This document shows, one piece after another, positions 25,230 to 35,591 of a stretch of DNA of 64,000 nt. The position numbers were made by a program, and so were the translations under genes. Origin of the DNA: Verrucomicrobiota bacterium (GTDB taxonomy: Bacteria; Verrucomicrobiota; Kiritimatiellia; CAIQIC01; JAGNIJ01); the NCBI GenBank assembly GCA_036821485.1, contig DAISJM010000005.1, positions 16,815-80,814 of the forward strand, given 5' to 3'. Numbering within the stretch: position 1 is the first letter of the stretch; each line of letters opens with the position of its first letter. The notes beneath the pieces are model-generated. The model worked only from the letters and a program-made list of their open reading frames with translations. It ran no database searches and was not told the origin of the DNA.

Positions 25230-27752
25230 ATGTCCGACCAGACGACACCGATGATGGGGCAGTATCGGCGCATCAAGGGCGAGGTTTCCGCCGACACCAT
25301 TCTCTTTTTCCGGCTCGGCGATTTCTACGAAATGTTCTTCGAGGACGCGAAGGAAGCGTCCCAGATTCTCGACATCACGCTCACCAAGCGGCAGGGCGTG
25401 CCGATGTGCGGCGTGCCGTTTCATGCGGCGGAGTCCTACCTCGCCAAGCTCATCCGCGCGGGCCGCAAGGTGGCCATTTGCGACCAGGTCGAAGATCCTT
25501 CCGTGGCGCGCGGGATTGTCCGGCGCGAAATCACGCGGGTGGTTACGCCGGGCACAGTCCTCGAAGATCATGTGCTCGACTCGGGCCGTAACAACTACCT
25601 CGCGGGATTGTTTCTCGCAGGCGACGTGTTTGGTTTGGCCATGCTCGACGTTTCCACCGGCGCGTTCTGGATCGAAGAGAGCCGCGACCCGACGCAGGTG
25701 GCGGACAACCTCGCGCGCTATGCGCCCGCGGAATGCATCGTGCCGGAGGAGCACGAGGAGGATCCGGCCCTTCGCGCGTTGCTGCAGGGCGCGGGTTCGA
25801 GTTTGCTGACTGCGTACGAAGGCTGGACGTTTGAATACGACACGGCGGAAGACCTGCTGAAGCGGCACTTCAGCGTGCATTCGCTTTCCGGGTTTGGATG
25901 CGACGGGCATCGCGCGGGTGTGGGCGCGGCCGGCGCAATTCTGCACTATGTTTCCCACGAGCTGCGTCGCCAGGTCGCGCACGTGCGCCAGCTCAGCGTG
26001 CGGCACCCGGCTGATTACATGCTTCTGGACGATGCGACGATTTCCAATCTCGACCTGGTGGCCTCGCGCGGGACATCAAGAACCGGCAGTCCAACCACGC
26101 TGCTCGGTGTGCTCGACGCGACGAAGACCGCGATGGGCAGCCGCCTGCTGCGCGACTGGATGGTGCGGCCGTTGATGAAGCTCGACGAGATTAACCACCG
26201 GCACGATGCCGTGCAGGCGCTGGGCGAGGATCGCCGTTTGCTGGGCGACCTGCGCGACCGGCTGCTGCAGGTGAAGGATCTCGAGCGGTTGATCGCGCGG
26301 CTGGGCGCGGGCACGGGCAACGCGCGAGATCTGCGCGCGCTGGATCTCTCGCTGGCCGAACTGCCCGGGCTCAAGGAACAGTTTGCCTCGCACCCGGTTG
26401 CCACGTTGTCGTCCCTCGTGACAAAGATCGAGCCGCTACCCGATCTCGTGGCGCTGATTGATCGGGCGATTGTCGATGAGCCGCCGATTGCCGTGAAGGA
26501 CGGCGGGATGATCCGCAAGGGTTATCATGCCGAGTTGGACGAACTGAAGGCGGCGGCGACGGAAGGCCGCCAGTGGCTGGCCGATTTCCAGGCGCGCGAA
26601 CAGGAACGCACCGGCATCAAATCGCTGAAGGTCCGGCACAACAAGGTCTTCGGCTACTACATCGAAATCACCAAGGCCAATCTGGCCGATGCGCCGGCCG
26701 ACTACATTCGCAAGCAGACGTTGGTGAACGCGGAGCGGTTCATCACGCCCGAGTTGAAGGAATACGAGAACAAGATTCTTGGCGCGCAGGAGCGATCGTT
26801 ACAGCTCGAGTTGGAACTTTTCCAGGAGGTCCGCACGGCGGCCGTGGCCGAGACGGCACGCATTCAGCAATCGGCAGCGGCGATCGCCGCGCTGGACGCG
26901 CTCGGCGCGCTGGCCGATCGCGCCCTTGCGCTGAGCTATGTGCGGCCGCGCATGACCGATGCTGGTTTGATCCGCATCCGCGATGGCCGCCATCCGGTCA
27001 TCGAGCAGATGACCGATGCCGAGCGGTTCGTTCCCAACGACACGATTCTGGACAATCTCGACTGCCAGGTGGTCATCATCACCGGTCCGAACATGGCGGG
27101 TAAGTCCACCTATATCCGGCAGGTCGCACTGATCGTGATCATGGCGCAGATGGGTTCTTTCGTGCCCGCGGCCGAGGCGGAGATTGGCGTCGTGGACCGC
27201 GTGTTCACGCGGGTGGGCGCGAGCGACGATCTGGCGCGCGGCCGGAGCACGTTCATGGTGGAAATGCAGGAGACGGCGAACATCCTGAACAACGCGACAT
27301 CGAAGAGCCTGATCGTGCTGGATGAAATCGGGCGCGGCACGAGCACCTTCGACGGCATCAGCATCGCGTGGGCGGTCGCGGAATATCTGCACAACCAACC
27401 GCGTGTGAAGGCGAAGACGCTGTTTGCCACGCACTATCACGAATTGACGGACCTCGCGCTCGCGCTGCCCGGCGTGAAGAACTACAACGTGCTCGTGCGG
27501 GAAAAGAACGACAAGATTGCCTTCCTCCGCAAGATTGTGCCGGGTGCGGCCGACAAGAGTTACGGCATCCAGGTGGCGCGGCTCGCGGGGCTGCCCGCGG
27601 AAGTCATCGACCGCGCGAAGGAGATTCTCGGCAACCTTGAAGAAGGTGAATTTGAAGGCGGCCAGCCGAAGATCGCGAAGCACGAACCGAAGAAGCGGAA
27701 AGAAGATCCCGGCCAGTTGAACCTCTTCGGAGAACCGCCGCCATCCACGTGA
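25230..27752 (+). CDS. mutS: DNA mismatch repair protein MutS
   Basis: 840 aa. N-terminus TPMMGQYRRIKGEVSADTILFFRLGDFYEMFFEDA, Walker A GPNMAGKSTYIRQ, and STFMVEM...DEIGRGTST...ATHYHEL. Confidence 0.95.
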   Translation: MSDQTTPMMGQYRRIKGEVSADTILFFRLGDFYEMFFEDAKEASQILDITLTKRQGVPMCGVPFHAAESYLAKLIRAGRKVAICDQVEDPSVARGIVRREITRVVTPGTVLEDHVLDSGRNNYLAGLFLAGDVFGLAMLDVSTGAFWIEESRDPTQVADNLARYAPAECIVPEEHEEDPALRALLQGAGSSLLTAYEGWTFEYDTAEDLLKRHFSVHSLSGFGCDGHRAGVGAAGAILHYVSHELRRQVAHVRQLSVRHPADYMLLDDATISNLDLVASRGTSRTGSPTTLLGVLDATKTAMGSRLLRDWMVRPLMKLDEINHRHDAVQALGEDRRLLGDLRDRLLQVKDLERLIARLGAGTGNARDLRALDLSLAELPGLKEQFASHPVATLSSLVTKIEPLPDLVALIDRAIVDEPPIAVKDGGMIRKGYHAELDELKAAATEGRQWLADFQAREQERTGIKSLKVRHNKVFGYYIEITKANLADAPADYIRKQTLVNAERFITPELKEYENKILGAQERSLQLELELFQEVRTAAVAETARIQQSAAAIAALDALGALADRALALSYVRPRMTDAGLIRIRDGRHPVIEQMTDAERFVPNDTILDNLDCQVVIITGPNMAGKSTYIRQVALIVIMAQMGSFVPAAEAEIGVVDRVFTRVGASDDLARGRSTFMVEMQETANILNNATSKSLIVLDEIGRGTSTFDGISIAWAVAEYLHNQPRVKAKTLFATHYHELTDLALALPGVKNYNVLVREKNDKIAFLRKIVPGAADKSYGIQVARLAGLPAEVIDRAKEILGNLEEGEFEGGQPKIAKHEPKKRKEDPGQLNLFGEPPPST

Positions 27753-27756
27753 CGGG

Positions 27757-28269
27757 CTATTTCGCCCGCACGCCTGCCATCTTGTAGTTCTTCCCGACGA
27801 GGTAGAGGCGTTTCAGTTTTAGATTCTTGTTCTGGTGCGCGGCGACCACGCGGCCGACGATCAGCGGGCAGTCGCCGGGTTGAGTGATCGTCACGAGTTT
27901 GCATTCGAAATTCGCGACGGCGTCGGCGAGGAGCGGTGCTTTCACCTTCGATGCCTTTTGCAGGGCGAGTCCTGTCGCGGCAATCTTGTCCGTCTTGTGT
28001 CCGTGATGCGTGCCAGCGTGCAGCACCTGCCGTGCCATTCCTTCGTGCGGGAATGCGATTACGAACTCTTCCGTTTTGCGGATGTTCGCATAGGTCAACG
28101 CTTCGTCATCGATGCCGAGGACGAACATCGCCGGATCGAGCGACGCGCGGGTGACCCAGCCGACGGCCATGACGTTGAGCCGTCCGTCGGGGGCGTGCGT
28201 GGTGACGAGTACGACCTGCTCGGGATATTTGCGGGACAGGGCTTGTTCGGTGGTCGATTTCTTCTGCAT
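27757..28269 (-). CDS. Flavin reductase-like (FMN-binding split-barrel) domain protein
   Basis: ~170 aa from the internal Met (MQKKSTTEQALSRKYPEQVVLVTTHAPDGRLNVMAVGW...), a typical flavin reductase/HpaC-like core. The ORF extends to 28455, but that upstream part is low-complexity. Confidence 0.6.
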   Translation of the reverse strand: MQKKSTTEQALSRKYPEQVVLVTTHAPDGRLNVMAVGWVTRASLDPAMFVLGIDDEALTYANIRKTEEFVIAFPHEGMARQVLHAGTHHGHKTDKIAATGLALQKASKVKAPLLADAVANFECKLVTITQPGDCPLIVGRVVAAHQNKNLKLKRLYLVGKNYKMAGVRAK

Positions 28270-28285
28270 GGCGTCCTCCGCTGTT

Positions 28286-29104
28286 TCAGCTTCTCTTCCG
28301 CGCGATCCACGTGTCCTGCAGCATATCGCGGCCCACGCCGCCGGGCAGATGCTCGACCACGTCGAACCGGCTGAGCAGGTGACCGCGGACGTAGGCGGGC
28401 GGGTGGAAGGCGGTGAAGGTTTTGCGGCCCTCACGGCCGGCCGCGCGCGTGGCAAGATCGCCGCGGTCGTAGGCCGCGGCCTCGTCGGTGGTGAGCATCG
28501 ACCGGAAGTGATCGCCGTGCGTGGTGACGATGAGCAGGCCGCCGGGTTTCAGGACGCGGAGGAGTTCGGCGATCCACGCGTCGTGCATCGCGGCGGAGAG
28601 ATGGGTGAAGACCGAGCGCACGAGCATTGCATCGAAGAAGTTATCCTCGAACGGCAGCGGCGGTTCGAGTTCGTTGCGCATGAAGAAGATGCCGTGGAGG
28701 TGTTGCCGGCACCAGTCGATGGTTTCCGGGTTGTAGTCGGTTCCGTAGAGTTCGACCTTGCCGTAGCCGGGCAGGTGGTCGCGCAGGTGGCGGAGAATGC
28801 GGGCGGGTCCGCAGCCCCACTCGCAGAAACGAAGCGACGGAACATCCGCATGCTTACGGATGAGGGCGCCGAAGTAGCGTGCGTGTGCGATGCCGGTGTC
28901 GAAGTAGAGGGGCCAGTTCACGTGGTGGTAGGCGTCGTAGGCGAGTTCGGCCGGCGGCGGCGTGAAGTCCGGATGCGCGGCGAGAAAATCCCGGTTGGCG
29001 CGCGCATGGCGGAGAACTTCAAACGTCAGCAGGGCGCGATCCAGGATCGGGCCGAGGCCGATGCGCCGCAGCGCGAGGCCGAGTTGTTCCTTCGCACGGC
29101 TCAT
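28286..29104 (-). CDS. Class I SAM-dependent methyltransferase
   Basis: Motif I LRFCEWGCGPARILRHL and post-I acidic YGTDYNPE. Rossmann-like methyltransferase fold pattern. Confidence 0.7.
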   Translation of the reverse strand: MSRAKEQLGLALRRIGLGPILDRALLTFEVLRHARANRDFLAAHPDFTPPPAELAYDAYHHVNWPLYFDTGIAHARYFGALIRKHADVPSLRFCEWGCGPARILRHLRDHLPGYGKVELYGTDYNPETIDWCRQHLHGIFFMRNELEPPLPFEDNFFDAMLVRSVFTHLSAAMHDAWIAELLRVLKPGGLLIVTTHGDHFRSMLTTDEAAAYDRGDLATRAAGREGRKTFTAFHPPAYVRGHLLSRFDVVEHLPGGVGRDMLQDTWIARKRS

Positions 29105-30702
29105 GGAGTGGTCTCCTTCGACTCGCTGTGCGGCACGCGATAGATGCGGATGGCGGGGCCGGCGCGCAATGGCGTTGCCGTGAATTCAGCGGCAAGTGGA
29201 GCGTGGCTGAACAGCCACTGGTAGACGGCGACTTCCCTGGGGTACCGTTCAGGTTCGGCGAAATAGCGGATAAACATCCGTTCGTTGGCGATGATGTAGT
29301 CGTAGTTGAGGTATTGCGCGGGCTGCTCGAGCCATTGCGGCGCGAGGGCATAGTAGCCGTCCGCCACGTAAGGTTCGTCCTGGAAGGTGACGGACTCACC
29401 TTCCTGAAAGAATCGCGAGCCGGGTGGAACGTTGCGGAGCACCCATTCGAGCGCAGCCGTGCGCGTGCCCGGGTGTGCGTACTGGATGCTTTCGCGGAGG
29501 GTGCGGGCGAAGCCGTGGGTGGATACGAGAAGCGCCAGCAGCGTGAGCGCCAGTGCAGGATGGGGCAGCAGGTTTGGCCAACGCTCGCGGCACCAGCGGA
29601 CGATGACGACCATGGCCCATGCGGCGAAGAGGAAGAGAAGGGGGAGTGCGGGAATGATCCATCGATCCCAATGCAGGTGCGGCAGGCAGATGGCGACCAT
29701 GAAGAGGCCGGCGTTTGCGGCGAGGATCAGGCTGCCGGGCTGCCGTTGACGAAGGACGAAGAGCAGGCCGGGCGCCATGAGCAGGATGGCGGCCCAGGAA
29801 ATGTGATGCGGCAGGAGCGTGCCGAAATACCAGAGCAGGTTGCCCGCCGGGGTCAGGCCGTCGGCCCCGAGGTGTGTGTGCCGCGACTCGCGTGCGAGGT
29901 TCTTCAGCGTGACGTCGTAGCGGATGATGGCGTAGGGGCTGGTGAGGGCGAATCCGATGAACGCGATCAATCCGAGCGCGGCAGACCAACCGATCCAGCG
30001 GAGTACGCGGCGTGACGAGGCGGGGTAGTTTCGCGCTGCGGCCATTTCGGCCAGTGGCAGGACGGGCAACATTGCCGCCATGAAATACCGCGACGACAGG
30101 GCGAGGCCGGCGGCAAGGCCCGCGAGGATGCGGTTCTGCATCGACGGCTTCTCGATATGGCGAAGACAAAACCACAGGCAGAGCAGGCCGAAGAACGTCG
30201 CGGCCAAATCGGTGCGGATGATGGAAGCGTAGGCGTAGACGAAGGGGGTGGTGGCGAATAACCACGCGCCGATGAGGGCGGTGGCGTTGTCGAAGGCGCG
30301 GCGGCCGACCAGCCAGAGCATGAGGATGCAGCCGAGCATGTAGATGATGTTTACGACCCGGCCGGCGAGATAGAAGGGCCACGCCTTGCGCTCGAACGTG
30401 CTGCGGCCGCGGGGCGGGGCTTCGAGGACGCCCCAGGATGGAGCGACCTTGTGCATGACGGCGTACAGCCCGGCGAGCGGATAGATGATGGTCGAGCCGG
30501 GGTGGCCGAACCAGTGAGGGTTGAGGGACCCCGTCTGTGCCATGCGAATGGCCTTGCAGGCAAATTCCGCCTCGTCCACTTCTGCCGCGAACGGGAGATC
30601 CTTTCGCAATCCGGTGATCAGCAACACGGCGGCCACGGTCAGGATCAGCAGGAGGAGAAGCCTGCTGGTGCGTCCGGGGCCATCTGGTAGTGCTGTTTCC
30701 AT
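29101..30702 (-). CDS. GT-C glycosyltransferase, ArnT/PMT-like (family 39/83) polytopic membrane protein
   Basis: ~533 aa from METALPDGPG (30702), with multiple TMs and an ArnT-like N-terminal loop. Overlaps the downstream methyltransferase by 4 bp. The ORF extends to 30954. Confidence 0.65.
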   Translation of the reverse strand: METALPDGPGRTSRLLLLLILTVAAVLLITGLRKDLPFAAEVDEAEFACKAIRMAQTGSLNPHWFGHPGSTIIYPLAGLYAVMHKVAPSWGVLEAPPRGRSTFERKAWPFYLAGRVVNIIYMLGCILMLWLVGRRAFDNATALIGAWLFATTPFVYAYASIIRTDLAATFFGLLCLWFCLRHIEKPSMQNRILAGLAAGLALSSRYFMAAMLPVLPLAEMAAARNYPASSRRVLRWIGWSAALGLIAFIGFALTSPYAIIRYDVTLKNLARESRHTHLGADGLTPAGNLLWYFGTLLPHHISWAAILLMAPGLLFVLRQRQPGSLILAANAGLFMVAICLPHLHWDRWIIPALPLLFLFAAWAMVVIVRWCRERWPNLLPHPALALTLLALLVSTHGFARTLRESIQYAHPGTRTAALEWVLRNVPPGSRFFQEGESVTFQDEPYVADGYYALAPQWLEQPAQYLNYDYIIANERMFIRYFAEPERYPREVAVYQWLFSHAPLAAEFTATPLRAGPAIRIYRVPHSESKETTP

Positions 30703-30861
30703 ATCGGGAACCTGGGCCGCAAGTGTGGCGTGAGGCCGGGGCAAGCGCAAGGGTTTTGCGGCGCGGGCTCGCCGGAAAATGCTGTCCTCGGCGCGCCGGG
30801 TGACGTAACATCCAACGGCCATACGGCAGAGACGTGCGCCGGAAAAAGGTGGAGCGTTGTC

Positions 30862-32238
30862 ATGAGAAAAGAGCGCGATTCGCTGGGTGAAAAAGAGGTC
30901 CCCGACGAGGCTTGGTACGGCGTTCATACCGTCCGCTCGCTGGAGAATTTTCATGTCATGGGCGAGCGTGTGCCGCTGGAAATCGTCTACGGCATGGTCA
31001 AGCTGAAGTGGGCTTGCGCCAAGACCAACCGGACGCTGGGCCTCCTGTCCCCCGAGAAAGCCGAAGCCATCTCCAAGGCCTGTCGTCGAATTCTTGCCGG
31101 CGGGTTTGAATCACAATTCGCGATCGACGTCTTCCAGGCCGGTTCGGGTACGTCGTCCAACATGAACGTCAACGAAGTCGTTGCCAATGTCGCGTGCGAG
31201 GAACTGGGCGCAGCACGCGGTGACCGGAAGGCGATCCATCCGAACGACGACGTGAACATGGGGCAGTCGACGAACAATGTATTTCCCTCCGCGATCAAGA
31301 TTGCCGGGGTGGAACTGAGCGGCAAATTGCTGGCCGCGGCGCGCAAGCTGCGCGCGGAGCTTCGCAAGAAGGAAGGTGAGTTCGCCGACGTCATCAAGAG
31401 CGGCCGGACGCACCTGCAGGATGCAGTGCCGATCACGCTGGGACAGGAATTTGGGGCCTATGCGCGCGCGATCGAAAAAGACATCAAGCGGGTCGAGGCC
31501 GCCAAGCTCAAACTGCATGAACTGGGCGCGGGCGGCAATGCGATTGGCACGGGCGTCAACACGAAGAAGGAGTTCCGCCCTGTCATCATCCGCGAGCTGA
31601 GTCTGATCACCAACGAGACCTACGAGGGCGCGGAGAACGGGATCGAGATCACGCAGTTCCTCACGGATGTGGCCGAGATGTCGAGCGCGGTGAAACTGCT
31701 GGCGCTGGACTTGCAGAAGATATGCAACGATCTGCGGCTGCTGGCGTCGGGGCCGAACACGGGTCTGCGGGAAATCGATCTGCCCGCGGTTGAGCCGGGT
31801 TCATCGATCATGCCGGGCAAGATCAACCCGAGCATCTGCGAAGCGGCCAATATGGCCTGCATGGCGGTGATGGGGTATGACCACGCATTGGTGTTGGCCT
31901 GCGGCGCAGGGCAGTTGGAACTCAACACGCACATGCCGCTGATCGGCTACAACCTGGTGAAGGCGATGCAGATCATGGCGCGGGCGTGCGACATGCTGGC
32001 TGAGAAATGTGTCGCCGGAATCGTGGCCCATCGCGAGACGTGCACGAAGTACTTCGAGACCAGCGCGGGACTCGCGACCGTGCTGAACCCGAAGCTCGGC
32101 TATGACCGTGTCGCGGAGTTGGTCAAGGAATCGCTGGCCACGAAGAAGACACTGCGGCAGCTTGTGCTTGAGAAACAAATCCTGAGCGTGGAAGCGCTCA
32201 ACGAGCTGCTCAAGAAATCGACCGGGCCGAATCTGTAG
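30862..32238 (+). CDS. aspA: Aspartate ammonia-lyase / class II fumarase family (AspA-like)
   Basis: Fumarate-lyase signature GSSIMPGKINPS. An aspartase-like N-terminus RKERDSLGEKEVPDEAWYGVHTVRSLENF and TNNVFPSA favour aspartase over FumC. 458 aa from the Met at 30862. Confidence 0.8.
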   Translation: MRKERDSLGEKEVPDEAWYGVHTVRSLENFHVMGERVPLEIVYGMVKLKWACAKTNRTLGLLSPEKAEAISKACRRILAGGFESQFAIDVFQAGSGTSSNMNVNEVVANVACEELGAARGDRKAIHPNDDVNMGQSTNNVFPSAIKIAGVELSGKLLAAARKLRAELRKKEGEFADVIKSGRTHLQDAVPITLGQEFGAYARAIEKDIKRVEAAKLKLHELGAGGNAIGTGVNTKKEFRPVIIRELSLITNETYEGAENGIEITQFLTDVAEMSSAVKLLALDLQKICNDLRLLASGPNTGLREIDLPAVEPGSSIMPGKINPSICEAANMACMAVMGYDHALVLACGAGQLELNTHMPLIGYNLVKAMQIMARACDMLAEKCVAGIVAHRETCTKYFETSAGLATVLNPKLGYDRVAELVKESLATKKTLRQLVLEKQILSVEALNELLKKSTGPNL

Positions 32239-32240
32239 GA

Positions 32241-32259
32241 CCGGGGTCATCGCCCCCGG
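32241..32259. terminator. GC hairpin between convergent aspA and OMP genes (candidate bidirectional terminator, no U-tract)
   Basis: CCGGGG-tcatcgc-CCCCGG. Confidence 0.4.
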
Positions 32260-32281
32260 CTACAGAACAAGGTGATGCGGC

Positions 32282-32803
32282 TTAGTAGAAATACCGCATG
32301 CCGACTTCGAGCTTGATGTTCGTCTTGCTCGTGTTGGCGTCGTCTTCCGGATAGATGTCCTTGGTCGCGCGCTCGACCACCAGTGCGGTCGAAACAGCCA
32401 GCGATTCGGTGATGAAGTACTTCGCGCCGCCCTGAATGCCAAGTACGCCGGCGGTTTCGTCGTTGTCCTCTGCCGTATTGTGGAAATCAATGCTGACCAG
32501 GTCGAGCGATGCGCCGACGAAGGGCATCAGTTCGATGCCGAGGTCGAAGTTGTATTCCGCGAAACCGCCCAACGAGTAGGCTGTGTGGGCATCGTCATCC
32601 TCCAGACCAACGCGCCAGCCGGTTTCCAGGTAATCGACAAAGAAGTAGCCGTAGCCGAAGTTGAGGTCGATGAGCGTGTCATTGGCGGTCTCAAGGTCCA
32701 GCATGCCCGTGACGAACACTTCGGCGGTGTCCGCGGGGAGCATGGAGGCATAGGAACCGGCGGCGCAGAGGGCAACAAGGGCGATGACCAGCAGCTTCTT
32801 CAT
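32282..32803 (-). CDS. Small outer-membrane beta-barrel protein (OmpW/OmpA-like 8-strand barrel)
   Basis: Signal peptide MKKLLVIALVALCAAGSYA, alternating amphipathic beta-strands, and the C-terminal aromatic OMP signature ...LEVGMRYFY. Confidence 0.65.
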   Translation of the reverse strand: MKKLLVIALVALCAAGSYASMLPADTAEVFVTGMLDLETANDTLIDLNFGYGYFFVDYLETGWRVGLEDDDAHTAYSLGGFAEYNFDLGIELMPFVGASLDLVSIDFHNTAEDNDETAGVLGIQGGAKYFITESLAVSTALVVERATKDIYPEDDANTSKTNIKLEVGMRYFY

Positions 32804-32906
32804 CAGAATCTCCTTTTATGAAATCGATGCCTGACGTGGCCTTGAAATTACTACGATCCAGCCGGGGCTGCAACAAGGGTTTTAGCCGTTGGTCGTGCGG
32901 GGACGG

Positions 32907-33884
32907 TCAGGCCATGGGGGTGTGCAGCGAGCGGTTCCCGAGGATGTCCTCGCGGAGCAGGCGGCTGAGTTCACGGAACGCGGGGCCGGGCTTGCCGCTG
33001 CCGACGGAGCGGCCGTCGAATTCGATCACGGCAGTAACGTCCGGCGTGGTGCCGAAGATGAGAACCTCGGCGGCGGCATCCACGGCGGCCCGCGGGATAT
33101 CCTCGTGCGCGACGCGACGAATGAGGCCGCCGGGCGGCAGGGCGCGTGCAAGATCAAGCACGCGTATCATGGTGGTGCCGGCGAGAATACGTTCCAGCTT
33201 TGGAACAAGCAGCGCGCCGTCGCGCGTCACGATGCCGGCGTTCTCGGTGGGGCCCTCGGCGAGATGGCCGTTCTCATCAAAGGACACCACGAAATCGACG
33301 CCGGCGTCGACGGCCTCTTTCTTCATGAGGACATTGAAGAGATAGTTGACGCTCTTGATCCGGGCGAATGGGGCGGCCTTCACCGGCAGGGCGCTGGCCC
33401 GGACGCGCGCGCCTTCCGGATGTGCCTCCATGAATGGCTTCTTGTATCCGGAAACCACAACGTAGAAGGCGGGCTTCGGGCATTCGTACGGGCTCACGCC
33501 GAGGCTGCCGGGGCCGCGTGAGAGCAGGATGCGAATTAGCGCGTCGGGCTGGCCGGCGGCGCGCGTGGTTTCGACGATGACGTTTGTCATCTCTTGCATC
33601 GTGGCGGGCATCGCAATGTGCAGGCCCTTGGCCGAGGAGCAGAGCCGGTCGAGATGGGCGCGGAGATTGTAGATGTTGCCTGCGACGCATTTGGCGGTTT
33701 CGAATACAGCGTCGCCGCGATGGACCATGTGATCATCCACCGGCACCAGCATCAGTGCGGGATCGGTGACAACCGCTCCGAAGACGCTCGAATACATGGC
33801 GAGGTAGTGTTGCTGGTAGGGCTGACGGTTCTTCCGCGCCCAGTCTGCAAACCCGTCGAGATCAAGTTGTGGCAAGGAGGACAT
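32907..33884 (-). CDS. Class IV aminotransferase (branched-chain/D-amino-acid aminotransferase or ADC lyase family)
   Basis: 325 aa from MSSLPQLDLDGF. Fold-type IV PLP pattern (…RGDAVFET…, …ENGHLAEGPTENAGIV…, …ILAGTTMIRVL…). The provided ORF to 34556 has a low-complexity Arg-rich N-terminal extension that I reject. Confidence 0.75.
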   Translation of the reverse strand: MSSLPQLDLDGFADWARKNRQPYQQHYLAMYSSVFGAVVTDPALMLVPVDDHMVHRGDAVFETAKCVAGNIYNLRAHLDRLCSSAKGLHIAMPATMQEMTNVIVETTRAAGQPDALIRILLSRGPGSLGVSPYECPKPAFYVVVSGYKKPFMEAHPEGARVRASALPVKAAPFARIKSVNYLFNVLMKKEAVDAGVDFVVSFDENGHLAEGPTENAGIVTRDGALLVPKLERILAGTTMIRVLDLARALPPGGLIRRVAHEDIPRAAVDAAAEVLIFGTTPDVTAVIEFDGRSVGSGKPGPAFRELSRLLREDILGNRSLHTPMA

Positions 33885-33905
33885 TTCGGGTAATCTAACG
33901 GCCGC

Positions 33906-34619
33906 ATGCACTCCGAGATCAAGCCAATAAGGGACCCGGCGCACGAAGCGTTCATGCGCCACGTCATTCCGTTCGCCGTCTGGCTCCTGCTGATGGCGGG
34001 TCTCGGTGCGCCCGCCGGCTGGAAGTATGCCGTGCGGGTTGTGGTGGCCTTGGGGGCCTTGCTGGTGCTGAGGCCGTTCCGCGATTATACGCCGCCGCGC
34101 ATCAAGAATCTCCCGCTGGCGCTGGTGGCCGGCGTGGCGGTTTTTGCCATATGGGTGGTTCCGGAGATGGGCGGCGCGGGACCTTGGGCGGCGCTGAGCG
34201 ACTTCTACCTCAAGTACGCGGTGCTTCCGTTCGGGCGTATTCCTGCCGTGCCGACCCCGCCGCCGTATGCGCCTGAAGTGTGCGGCTGGCCGTTGGCGCT
34301 CGTCCGGCTGGCCGGCTCGGCGTTCGTGATTGCGGTGATCGAGGAGTTCTTCTGGCGGGGGTTGATCTACCGGCGGCTGACGGCGCGTGATTTCCTCGCG
34401 GTGGATCCCGGCGTCTTTCATGCGGGCGCGTTCCTGGCCACGATGCTCTGTTTCGGGTTTGAGCACGACCGTTGGCTGGCGGGCGCGCTGGCCGGCGCGG
34501 TTTACGGATGGATATATCTTCGTACCCGCGACATCTGGGCGGCGTGCTTGGCCCACGTGGTGACGAACCTGTTGCTGGGACTCTACGTGCTGGCGGTGGG
34601 CGCGTACGCGTTCTGGTGA
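33906..34619 (+). CDS. CPBP family intramembrane metalloprotease (CAAX protease / Abi family)
   Basis: Motif 1 EEFFWRG, motif 2 FGFEH, motif 3 HVVTNLL, within a multi-TM protein. Confidence 0.8.
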   Translation: MHSEIKPIRDPAHEAFMRHVIPFAVWLLLMAGLGAPAGWKYAVRVVVALGALLVLRPFRDYTPPRIKNLPLALVAGVAVFAIWVVPEMGGAGPWAALSDFYLKYAVLPFGRIPAVPTPPPYAPEVCGWPLALVRLAGSAFVIAVIEEFFWRGLIYRRLTARDFLAVDPGVFHAGAFLATMLCFGFEHDRWLAGALAGAVYGWIYLRTRDIWAACLAHVVTNLLLGLYVLAVGAYAFW

Positions 34620-35591
34620 TCAGATCCGGCCGACCACTTCGTCGAGCACATCTTCCAACGTGACCAGGCCGACGACCTCTGTCTTGCCGTCGGCCACCAA
34701 CACCATCGGCTGCCGCGTCACACGCATCCGCGGGAGCACGTGGTCCACCGGCGTTTCGATGGAGACGAGCTGCGGCGGCCGCATGTAGTCGCTGGCCTTC
34801 TTGGTCTCGTGGTCGGGGTCGGACAGAATGCTGAAGATATAGATGATGCCCGCGATCTTGCCGGTGCCGCGGTCGAATACGGGGAACCGGTTGAATTCCT
34901 TCGCGCGGGCGAGATCGAGAACCTCGGATGCGGGCTGGTCCGCGAACACGGATGTGATGTTGGCGCGCGGTACCATGATCTCGCCGCACGTCGTGGTCTT
35001 CAGTTCCATGACGTTGTTGATCATGCGCCGTTCGTCGAGGGTCAGTACGCCCGAGCGCTCGCCTTCCTCGGCGAGGTGAACCAGTTCCTCGCGCGTGACG
35101 AACGGCTGGGTCTTGCCCTTCTCCTGTGCCGGGGTGGGGACGACGACCTTGGACACGGCGATGAATGCGGTGCTGAGCGGATAGAGTACGCGCGAGACGG
35201 CGAGGAGGAGCGGGGCCAGCGGCAGGGTTCGCCGCGCGGGAAACGCCTGGAACCAGGCCTTGGGCAGGTATTCGCCGACGATCAGCAGAACCACGGTGAA
35301 TAGTATGGCGGCGATGGTGGTGCCAGCCGCACCACCGAGCCGATAGCCCATGCTCGCGGCCACAATGGACGACGAGATGGCACAGAGATTGTTGCCCACC
35401 AGCGTTGTGCCGAGGAGCAGGTCGGGCTTGAGCAGGAACATCTCGACGATTTTCGCACCGCGAACGTTGTGACGCACGAGGTGGCGCAGGCGCAGCCGGT
35501 TGACCGAAATCACGCCGGTCTCCATGCCGGCGAAAAAGACACAGCCGGCCATGCAGAAGGTGAGGATGAAGAGACCCAGGAAGAAGCTCAT
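34620..35591 (-). CDS. CNNM/CorC/HlyC-family membrane protein (DUF21 + CBS pair)
   Basis: DUF21 TM domain followed by a CBS pair. Start MSFFLGLFILTF (35591). It overlaps the upstream paralog by 4 bp. Confidence 0.8.
   Translation of the reverse strand: MSFFLGLFILTFCMAGCVFFAGMETGVISVNRLRLRHLVRHNVRGAKIVEMFLLKPDLLLGTTLVGNNLCAISSSIVAASMGYRLGGAAGTTIAAILFTVVLLIVGEYLPKAWFQAFPARRTLPLAPLLLAVSRVLYPLSTAFIAVSKVVVPTPAQEKGKTQPFVTREELVHLAEEGERSGVLTLDERRMINNVMELKTTTCGEIMVPRANITSVFADQPASEVLDLARAKEFNRFPVFDRGTGKIAGIIYIFSILSDPDHETKKASDYMRPPQLVSIETPVDHVLPRMRVTRQPMVLVADGKTEVVGLVTLEDVLDEVVGRI

Noticed and set aside
25188-27683. Minus-strand ORFs 25188..26006, 26015..26518 and 26799..27683 inside mutS
   Set aside because: Antisense to MutS. 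Shadow ORFs.
29396-30811. 471-aa minus-strand alternative frame and + strand 29128..30015 over the GT39-like gene
   Set aside because: The frame chosen (29101..30702) is hydrophobic and polytopic, consistent with GT-C. The alternatives are Arg/Pro/His-rich.
32907-34556. N-terminal 224-aa extension of the class IV aminotransferase ORF (33885..34556), plus + strand 32889..33521
   Set aside because: The extension is Arg-rich low complexity and overlaps the convergent CPBP protease gene on the other strand. The aminotransferase fold begins at MSSLPQ (33884).
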